Source: a virus (lineage: Duplodnaviria > Caudoviricetes). From it: a DNA stretch of 64,000 nt. Under the pieces are notes generated by a model, which made no database searches, was not told the origin of the DNA, and saw only the letters and a list, made by a program, of their open reading frames with translations. The number at the start of each line of letters is the position of its first letter. Position 1 is the stretch's first letter. The stretch spans positions 2,021-66,020 of IMG/VR virus record IMGVR_UViG_3300036791_000703. One strand, given 5' to 3'. The translations under genes were made by a program, and so were the position numbers. This document shows, piece after piece, positions 10,650-17,911 of the stretch.

Positions 10650-11213
10650 ATGCAACCGTTTTTGGCGATGATCTTCCCGGTAGGTGGTGGAGGCGGTCAG
10701 GGTCCGGTCGACCCGGGATACGGCGTGCCGGGGTGGCCGGCGCACCCGATCGCTCCTGGCGGCCCTCCCCCGGGCACCTGGGGCGGCGACTCGCCATGGC
10801 CCGGCTATGCTAGGCCGCCGATGGCGCCGGGCGGGCCGCCGCATCCCGGCGGCCCTGGCGGCCCCGGTGGTGGCGCGCCGCCGCATCCCGAGCACCCGAT
10901 TCCGCCCAACGTCTGGCCGGAGCCTCCGGGTGGCGGACCGCCCCCGAATCAAGGCGGTAAGCCGCCGCACGTCGAACATCCGATCCCACCGACGGTGTGG
11001 CCGAACCCGCCGCAGCCGGTGCCGCCGCAGCCGCCATGGTGGCCTGGACATCCCGAGCATCCGATCCCGCCGATCGTGTGGCCCGAGCCGCCGCCTCCTC
11101 CCGGCACGCTGATCGAGTGGAAAGCGGCATGGTCGCCGCAGACCGGATGGGTCGTTGTCGGCATCCCCAACGTGGATCACGCGGCACCGGCGGCAGCCGC
11201 CGCGAAGAAGTAG
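10650..11213 (+). CDS. Pro/Gly-rich repeat protein
   Basis: GGGAG RBS; repeated (P/V)EHPIPPxVWP units. Confidence 0.8.
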   Translation: MQPFLAMIFPVGGGGGQGPVDPGYGVPGWPAHPIAPGGPPPGTWGGDSPWPGYARPPMAPGGPPHPGGPGGPGGGAPPHPEHPIPPNVWPEPPGGGPPPNQGGKPPHVEHPIPPTVWPNPPQPVPPQPPWWPGHPEHPIPPIVWPEPPPPPGTLIEWKAAWSPQTGWVVVGIPNVDHAAPAAAAAKK

Positions 11214-11394
11214 CGGTGTGAATTAGTTCATACAGACTGATCACGGGCTGCGGCATCATTCGTGCTGTTCGGTGCCCCGGTCCGTGGTAGCCTGTGTAAG
11301 TTCAAGCGTATGCAATTACGTGCAAGCGTTGCTCCCCGTGGGAGGGAGCGCTGTCAAGGACGGGCCACCGAACTCTTTCATCAGGAGGCTCGTT

Positions 11395-11613
11395 ATGATC
11401 AAAGTCCTTTGTACAATGACTGCCGTACTCATGCTCGTAGGAGCAGCTGGCGCGGCAGAGCAACAGCGGGAGAGGGCAGGCGTCACCAGCTACGGCGCTG
11501 GCTTTGTCCGCGGTCACGAGGTCGACGGCAACGGTCGGTTCTCCGATCGGACGCCGACCTGCTATCGTGCGGAGTATCTCGCCCAGCGTAATGCCTCGGG
11601 CGCGTGCTTCTAA
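11395..11613 (+). CDS. Small secreted/periplasmic protein
   Basis: AGGAGG RBS; signal peptide MIKVLCTMTAVLMLVGAAGA; two Cys in the mature part. Confidence 0.7.
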   Translation: MIKVLCTMTAVLMLVGAAGAAEQQRERAGVTSYGAGFVRGHEVDGNGRFSDRTPTCYRAEYLAQRNASGACF

Positions 11614-11627
11614 ACAGAAATCTTGGC

Positions 11628-11653
11628 GGGGGCGCTTGCTGCGCCCCTGTTTT
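11628..11653 (+). terminator. Intrinsic terminator
   Basis: GGGGCGC-TTGCT-GCGCCCC followed by TGTTTT. Confidence 0.65.
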
Positions 11654-11703
11654 GCGATACGGTTTCCACGTGGATGAATTGCCGTCCAGAGGAAGCCACC
11701 ACG

Positions 11704-11910
11704 ATGACGAAGACGCTACTGGGCTGTAGTGACAGCCTGCCCACCCACATCGACATCACCACCCTAAACGCCGCACTGCTGATGCTCGTCGCCACGTTCG
11801 TCTTGGCGTTCGCGCTGCTCATCACCTGCCGGATGCTGCCGTCGGTGCAGAAGCCGTACATCCGGGCACGAAAAAGCCGGGTCCTTTCGGACCCGGCTGA
11901 AATGATGTAG
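11704..11910 (+). CDS. Small single-pass membrane protein
   Basis: GAGGAAG upstream; hydrophobic LLMLVATFVLAFALLI followed by a basic tail. Confidence 0.45.
   Translation: MTKTLLGCSDSLPTHIDITTLNAALLMLVATFVLAFALLITCRMLPSVQKPYIRARKSRVLSDPAEMM
11871..11898 (-). terminator. Intrinsic terminator of the minus-strand gene
   Basis: Minus strand reads AGCCGGGTCC-GAAA-GGACCCGGCT-TTTT. Confidence 0.8.
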
Positions 11911-11912
11911 TC

Positions 11913-12146
11913 TCACTTCGCTCCTAAAGAGTGTCTCATCACGGAAGCCTCTCCGGGCTCTTGCGCTCCCGGGGAGGTTTTCCGTTTCCGCTGCTCGCGC
12001 GCTTCGGCGGCGAGCCGTGCGTTGGCCGCCTCGACCTCCGCTTTGATCATGGCGTCAAGAACCTGCATGCCGCTAAGCACCATGTAGGCGACCTCGGTTG
12101 CCTTCTGCTTGGTGATCTTGGGCGCGCGCGGCTTTCTGCTTCGCAT
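11913..12146 (-). CDS. Moron-like small basic protein
   Basis: Minus-strand CAGGAG RBS, own promoter and terminator; the only credible minus-strand CDS in the late module. Confidence 0.7.
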   Translation of the reverse strand: MRSRKPRAPKITKQKATEVAYMVLSGMQVLDAMIKAEVEAANARLAAEAREQRKRKTSPGAQEPGEASVMRHSLGAK

Positions 12147-12201
12147 AATAGTATCTCCTGTTTTCAAATAACCGAACCGCGTTATTGCGGTTCGTGGTCA
12201 T

Positions 12202-12210
12202 ATTATAACA
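12202..12210 (-). promoter_or_regulatory. Extended -10 promoter (TGnTATAAT) of the 11913-12146 gene
   Basis: Minus strand reads TGTTATAAT in an AT-rich intergenic patch about 55 nt upstream of the ATG. Confidence 0.6.
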
Positions 12211-12347
12211 CGCGCGGAAACGCGGTTTCGTGTTGTGCGTGGCAACATCAATGACTTAGCGGGAAACTGCCTCGCCATTGCTGGGAGTTAAGCATCAAAT
12301 AAATCCAAAACATGCTTTTCGGCAGCTCGTCGAGGAGATCATCAACC

Positions 12348-14240
12348 GTGAGATATCAGGTCCTCGACCCCAACTTCAGCAAGGGTAACCTCGGCGGGAA
12401 TCTGATCACGGTCATCGACGGCATCCCCACCGTCACCATGACGGAAAAGCAGGCGTCGTATTGGCTCACCCAGGGCGCGGTGTTGCCGCTCGGCGCTGCC
12501 GGTCAACTCGATTATCAGCTGGCCGGTCCCAATCTCGTGGTCGCCGCGCTCGGCATCGACGTGCCGAACTTCCACCGGATGATAAACTTCCCGACGGCCG
12601 CTCCGGACCTGTCGGTTGCTTCGCCCGATATCGGAACGCCGCTCTGTCTTCAGGTGATCCGTGCGCTCGGTGTCGACTGCGCTCCACTGGCGATCGATAC
12701 GCTCGCCCTGCATCAGGTCTGCCAGCTTGGCGGCGTGGGGATGGAGGTCACGTCACCGGACTTCACGAAGCCGCCGCTGTGCGGCATGTACTACAAGGTC
12801 ACCGCGATCGGGATGGCCACGGCATCGCCCGCGATCGGTGCCCCGGCGGTTCGTCAGTTCGCGCTGTGCGTCGCGACGCCGTTGACGGTGGGATCGCCGG
12901 ATGTCGGCGTCACCACGGCGCCGACCCTGACTGCGACGGCATGGGCGCCGCCGCAGCTCGCCGGTGCCTCGGCAGCGCTGTTCGCTGATTTCGCCGGCAA
13001 CAACTTTGTGGTCAATAACTCGCTATACAACACCTTGGCCAGTTGGCTCACGGCGCTCGGTGGAGCGTATTCCCGCGCCGGGGTGGCGAGCTACCTCGCC
13101 GGTGGCATCTTCAACACGGCTCCGGCCAACACGCCGCGCTATCCGACCGATCTCGCCGGCATTCCACTCGGGCTGCGGCTGACCGGGCCGGTGACCAACC
13201 TGATGCCGCATTCGGAATACGACAGCACGGCGCCATTCTCGGCTAGCGGCGCGACGTTGACGCCGAATGCCGCTGCAGCCCCCAATGCCGCCGCCACGAT
13301 GACGGCAGCGTCTTTCATTCCGACGGCTGTCAATACCACGCATAACGTCGCCTTCTCCGCCGGGATCGGGACGCAGACTTCTGGCAACATCTACACCTAT
13401 GCGATTGCAGTCCAGCCAATTGGGCCGAACTATTATTATGCTTATATCGATCCAAGAAATGCATATACCGAATATACCGTCTTCAGCTTCGCCGGTGGCG
13501 TTGCCACGGTTTCTCTGAACGTCGGTGGTGCCGTCGGTTTCGTTATTCCGCTCGCCAATGGCTGGTTCATCTGCGGCACAACGATCACCAATCCGATCAC
13601 CGGCAATCGCACCGGTTCGTGGAACGTGTGTACTGCCACCGGCGGACGCACGGTTCTTTGCGATGGCGTGTCCGGTTGGAACCTGTGGGGACAGAACTAC
13701 ACCCAGACCAACTTCCTCGCCGATTACGTGCCAACTGCGACTGCCACCGCGACCCAGGCCGGCGATCTCCTGTACTGGCCGACCTCGCCGTGGCTGGCAG
13801 CGAGCGGCACCTGGGCGCACAGCGGTTCGGCGGCGCTGGCGTTGGTGACGCAATACGTGATGGGCACCGACGACAACACCGGCAACTTCGTCGCTGGCGC
13901 CTCGATGCTCGGCCGGCTCGGCAGCGGCAACAACAGCATCGGCTTCGGCGGGCAGTCGTCGCTCGTCAACTACGCGGCCAGCACCATCATCAGCAAGTAC
14001 AAGTACGCTTGCATCTACGATGTGCCGACCACGCTGCAGCGCGTGGTCGATGTCAATGGCGGCAGCAGCGAGAACAACACCTTCGATTACACCGGCACCG
14101 GGACGGTTCGATTCACCTACGGGAATATGCGGACGCTGAACCCAGTCTCGCCGCTCTACGGCAACGTGAAGACGCTTGCCTACTGGCCGCAGGCGGCGAC
14201 GGTGGCTCAAGCCGTTTCAATGTTAGGAACGCTCCAATGA
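12348..14240 (+). CDS. Head spike/fibre-like virion protein
   Basis: GAGGAG RBS and GTG; VxSP repeats, then a YSRAGVASY...PANTPR...GLRL...TNL motif typical of phage head-fibre domains, with a beta-sandwich-like C-terminus. Confidence 0.7.
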   Translation: MRYQVLDPNFSKGNLGGNLITVIDGIPTVTMTEKQASYWLTQGAVLPLGAAGQLDYQLAGPNLVVAALGIDVPNFHRMINFPTAAPDLSVASPDIGTPLCLQVIRALGVDCAPLAIDTLALHQVCQLGGVGMEVTSPDFTKPPLCGMYYKVTAIGMATASPAIGAPAVRQFALCVATPLTVGSPDVGVTTAPTLTATAWAPPQLAGASAALFADFAGNNFVVNNSLYNTLASWLTALGGAYSRAGVASYLAGGIFNTAPANTPRYPTDLAGIPLGLRLTGPVTNLMPHSEYDSTAPFSASGATLTPNAAAAPNAAATMTAASFIPTAVNTTHNVAFSAGIGTQTSGNIYTYAIAVQPIGPNYYYAYIDPRNAYTEYTVFSFAGGVATVSLNVGGAVGFVIPLANGWFICGTTITNPITGNRTGSWNVCTATGGRTVLCDGVSGWNLWGQNYTQTNFLADYVPTATATATQAGDLLYWPTSPWLAASGTWAHSGSAALALVTQYVMGTDDNTGNFVAGASMLGRLGSGNNSIGFGGQSSLVNYAASTIISKYKYACIYDVPTTLQRVVDVNGGSSENNTFDYTGTGTVRFTYGNMRTLNPVSPLYGNVKTLAYWPQAATVAQAVSMLGTLQ

Positions 14241-17200
14241 ACGTCGCCGCGCCCAACATTCTGCGCTTCCCGCGGGCGTGGTTCGATTCCACGCGCGACA
14301 GCTTCCAGAACTTCCTCGCCGGCTTCGGTGTGCCCGGTCGCGACAAGGCGGTGTCGCAGTTCTGGGCGTACTATCCACTCACCCTCGATCAGCTCGAAGC
14401 CGCCTATGCCAGCGACTGGGTGGCGCGCAAGATCGTCGAGATACCGGCGTTCGACGCGACGCGATCCTGGCGGCTGTGGCAGGCCGACAAGGAGGATCAG
14501 AAGAAGATCGAGGAGGCCGAGCGCAAGTACAATCTGCAGCGCAAGCTGCTCGACGCGTTGATCAAGGCGCGGCTCTATGGCGGCGCTGCGATCATCCTCG
14601 GCGTCGATCAGGGCACGTTCCAAGAAGAGCTGCAGATCGACAAGGTCGGCAAGGACGATCTCAAGTTCGTCCATGTGGTGAGCCGCTATTCGCTCTCCGC
14701 CGGCCCGACGGTCAAAGAGATCACCTCGCCGTGGTACGGCCATCCGACCTACTATCAACGCGCCAACACGGTGACGGTGTCGGCGCCCGGCGGCGTCGAG
14801 CCGATCGGCGAGCCCACCATGGGGCAGCTGCCCGGCGACATGCTCTACATCCACCCGAGCCGCGTGATCCGTCTCATCGGGCTCGACTATCCCGATATCG
14901 AGCGGGCGCCGGACGCTTGGGGTCTCACCGTGCTGCAGCCGGTCGCCGATGCGCTCAAGGCCGCCGGGATGGTGACATCGTCGATGGCGACGATGATCGC
15001 CGAGGCCAAGCTCGACATCATCAAGGTGCCGGCGCTGACCGCGAAGATGGGGACCGCCGAGGGCACCCAGAACGTGCTCAGCCGGTTCATGCAGACCAAC
15101 GTCGCCAAGTCGAGCATCAACGCGCTGCTGATCGACAAAGAGGAGGAATGGGAGCGCCATCAGCTGCAGCTGTCGAACTACGACAAGGTGCTCAGTTCGT
15201 ACTTCCTCTTGTGCTGTGCCGCCGCCGATGTGCCGGCGACGCGCTTCATGGGCCGCGAGCCCGCAGGTCAGAACGCCACCGGCGACAGCGACACGCGCAA
15301 TTACTACGACCGTCTCGCGTCGGATCAGAAGGTGCGCCAGACGCCAGCGCTGCGCCCGCTCGACGAGGTGCTGTTGCGCTCGACCTTTGGCAGTCGCGAC
15401 GACGCATGGCGCTACGACTGGAACGCGCTGTGGCTGATGTCGGATGCCGAGAAGGCCGATGTCGAATTGAAGAAGGCACAGGCGCATCAGGTCGATGTCA
15501 ACGCTGGTCTCATCTCTCCGCACGTGCTGCAGATTGGCCGCGAGAATTCACTTGTGGAGTCGGGCTTCCTGTATCCGGGCATCGAGACTGCTATCGAGGA
15601 GGAGGCTGATTGGGACGCCGAGGAAGGCGTACAGCAAGCGCGCACCAAGGGAATGACCGATCCCAACGACCCTGATGCGATCGAGCATGCGGCGAAGATG
15701 GGCAAGAAATACGGCAACATCGATCCGAACGATCCGAAGACGATCGCCGCCAAGGCCAAGGCGCTGCCGAAACCGCCGCCCGGTGGCGGCAAACCCAACG
15801 GTGGGGGAAAGTCGAATGGTGCCGCGCGCGACGCGCGCAATCCCTTTCGCCGTCTCGCGCGCGACGCGCCGCCGTCGGTAGTCTTCACTCCCGAGCTGCA
15901 CCCGCACGATCCCAAGACCGGGCAGTGGGCAACCACGGTCACCGGCGATCCGTTGCAGATGAATCCCGAGGTCGCCACCGTCGGCGGCGACGAATGGAAT
16001 CAGAAGACCGGGGCGCGTCTGGAATTCGAGTATGCGCGCGTCAAGCCGGTACTCGACAAGCTCGCCAGTGATCTGGTCGAGGGCCAAGCTGAAGACACGC
16101 CCGATGATCCCGACGAGGACGAGGAGCAGCCCTATACGCCAGAGAGCTGGGATGAGCTGGGCGACTCGCAGCAGGAGGAAGCCAAAGAGAAATGGATGGA
16201 GGCCACCTACAGCGATTACGAGGACAGCGAAATCCAGAGCCAAATCGACAGCGGCTATCTGCTCGAACAGGGCAAGCGCGAGGCGTTGCAGGATTGGAAG
16301 GATGCGCCGACCAAGCATTCGACCACGAGCGGTGAAACGCTCGAATGGCCAGACTGGGCGAGCGAGGCGGTCGACGAGGTGATGGAAGAGCATGCCGAGG
16401 CCGGCAAGCGCATTCGCTTCACCAAGGATCAAATCCTCAAGGCGTTGACGATCGATGCCGGTAAGTACGACGAGTTCGGTGGCGACGGCAGCAGCGATCC
16501 CGATGTCGACTTCGACGACAGCGAGCTGACCGATCCGGCCGGCTACGATCCGAGCGAGGTATTCCCTGGCTTCGAGAAGCTGGAGCCGTCGAGCTTCCTC
16601 AAGGAGGACGAGCGCGACGACATCCGGAAGGCGATCACCGACGCGTTCAACAAAGAGGGCGAGAGCAAAGCCGACAAGCTCGATGCGTCCGATTACATCG
16701 ACAAGAGCACCATTCAGGATTACCAGAGCGAAAGTTGGGATCAGTATTCGGACAAGCAGAAGTGGGAATACGCCGAGCAGTATCTTGAGCTTGGCGAGCA
16801 AGAGAGCCATCGCGAAACGCCAGAGCCGACCCAGGTGCTGATGCCGGCGCACTTCGATCCGATGGGCAACCCCAACGTTGATGACGATTACAAGAACGAT
16901 GCCGACTACAAGAACACCAAGTCACTCGGCCGGGCGATGTCGATCGCGCGTGCGGTGCAGGTGAGCAAAGAACGCGACATCGACACCGACGAAGAGACCG
17001 TCCGCGACATGGACAGCACTCTGTGGCGCGATTGGAAGTCGTCCTCGACATCACCGAATGGCAAGCTGCTGCAGCTCGCCATCGCCGACGAGCTTGGTGG
17101 TCGCCTGCACGAGGGGCGCATCGGTGATCCGGCGGAGGTCGAGAAGACCAAGCGCGAGGGCAACAAGTGGGGCGGCTACGACGCAGTGAAGGCGTACATC

Positions 17201-17608
17201 CGCGGCAAGTGGGAGACCACGCAGTTCCTGCTCGACAAGGCCAACATGCAGACCGTCGGGTTGTGGCGTGGCGTTGGCCTCGATGTCACGAACGAGCGCA
17301 CCGAGACTGTGACCGCGGGTCCGCACGTGCCGGCATTCAGCAAGCTGCCCGACACCTCGATCCGTCGCAACGGTGCGGCGTCGTGGACGATCAAGCGCTC
17401 GGTCGCCAATAACTGGTCGCGGGTGACGATCCGTGCCCAGGTGCCGCGCACTGCGATCGTCTCGGTGCCGGTCTATGGCCAGAACGTCCACAACGAGCAC
17501 GAGGTGATCGTCGCTGGCACGGCGTGGAAAAATTGGGATGCGTGGAATGGTCCGGCGCCATCCTTCGAAGATGTTCCAATGGCGTTGCACGCGGGAGCCA
17601 CGCCATGA
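14237..17608 (+). CDS. Portal protein (DUF1073/HI1409 family) with C-terminal acidic region and ADP-ribosyltransferase-like domain
   Basis: AYASDWVARKIVEIPAFDATR, ARLYGGA, IHPSRV, ADVPATRFMGREPAGQNATGDSDTRNYYD. C-terminus has LWRG / ASWT / EHEVIV. Start reassigned to ATG 14237 (ATGA overlap). Confidence 0.9.
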   Translation: MNVAAPNILRFPRAWFDSTRDSFQNFLAGFGVPGRDKAVSQFWAYYPLTLDQLEAAYASDWVARKIVEIPAFDATRSWRLWQADKEDQKKIEEAERKYNLQRKLLDALIKARLYGGAAIILGVDQGTFQEELQIDKVGKDDLKFVHVVSRYSLSAGPTVKEITSPWYGHPTYYQRANTVTVSAPGGVEPIGEPTMGQLPGDMLYIHPSRVIRLIGLDYPDIERAPDAWGLTVLQPVADALKAAGMVTSSMATMIAEAKLDIIKVPALTAKMGTAEGTQNVLSRFMQTNVAKSSINALLIDKEEEWERHQLQLSNYDKVLSSYFLLCCAAADVPATRFMGREPAGQNATGDSDTRNYYDRLASDQKVRQTPALRPLDEVLLRSTFGSRDDAWRYDWNALWLMSDAEKADVELKKAQAHQVDVNAGLISPHVLQIGRENSLVESGFLYPGIETAIEEEADWDAEEGVQQARTKGMTDPNDPDAIEHAAKMGKKYGNIDPNDPKTIAAKAKALPKPPPGGGKPNGGGKSNGAARDARNPFRRLARDAPPSVVFTPELHPHDPKTGQWATTVTGDPLQMNPEVATVGGDEWNQKTGARLEFEYARVKPVLDKLASDLVEGQAEDTPDDPDEDEEQPYTPESWDELGDSQQEEAKEKWMEATYSDYEDSEIQSQIDSGYLLEQGKREALQDWKDAPTKHSTTSGETLEWPDWASEAVDEVMEEHAEAGKRIRFTKDQILKALTIDAGKYDEFGGDGSSDPDVDFDDSELTDPAGYDPSEVFPGFEKLEPSSFLKEDERDDIRKAITDAFNKEGESKADKLDASDYIDKSTIQDYQSESWDQYSDKQKWEYAEQYLELGEQESHRETPEPTQVLMPAHFDPMGNPNVDDDYKNDADYKNTKSLGRAMSIARAVQVSKERDIDTDEETVRDMDSTLWRDWKSSSTSPNGKLLQLAIADELGGRLHEGRIGDPAEVEKTKREGNKWGGYDAVKAYIRGKWETTQFLLDKANMQTVGLWRGVGLDVTNERTETVTAGPHVPAFSKLPDTSIRRNGAASWTIKRSVANNWSRVTIRAQVPRTAIVSVPVYGQNVHNEHEVIVAGTAWKNWDAWNGPAPSFEDVPMALHAGATP

Positions 17609-17820
17609 CGCTCAAGATCGACCTGCTCAAGATCGACATGGATGCCGGCAAGCATTGGATCGATCGCGTCACCGCGGAGATCAAAGCGGACAAGCTTGAG
17701 CTGATCCGGGTGAAGGCGCGGGCCAATTGGCTGCGCAAGCAGGGCCGCGATCCCGGCGCCGCCGGCATCCGTGAGGCCGAGCTAGAGGCACGGATCAAGG
17801 CACTCACGAGCGGCGGGTGA
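17605..17820 (+). CDS. Small helical hypothetical protein
   Basis: GGGAG RBS; ATGA overlap with the portal stop. Confidence 0.7.
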   Translation: MTLKIDLLKIDMDAGKHWIDRVTAEIKADKLELIRVKARANWLRKQGRDPGAAGIREAELEARIKALTSGG

Positions 17821-17903
17821 ACATCTGGGTCTATCAGCTGGCGCTGCTTGCTGGCGCGCTGCTGATCCTGATGACCATCCTCGCGATCTTCCTGACGAAC
17901 TGA
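17817..17903 (+). CDS. 28-aa hydrophobic peptide
   Basis: GTGA-coupled ORF MNIWVYQLALLAGALLILMTILAIFLTN that fills the gap exactly. Confidence 0.5.
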   Translation: MNIWVYQLALLAGALLILMTILAIFLTN

Positions 17904-17911
17904 GGTGCGCC

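Noticed and set aside
12247-12260. ATCAATGACTTA as an att/integrase arm or IHF site
   Set aside because: It resembles the IHF consensus, but it is a single short match with no integrase or tRNA nearby.
13619-14236. Long upstream extension of the portal ORF in the ORF track (1329 aa)
   Set aside because: It overlaps the real 12348-14240 gene and reads as Arg-rich off-frame text. ATG 14237 with an ATGA overlap is the credible start.
14237-15600. Anti-CBASS Acb1 call for the DUF1073 protein
   Set aside because: No pair of HxT/S 2H-phosphoesterase motifs was recognised; the region is a portal by motif and position.
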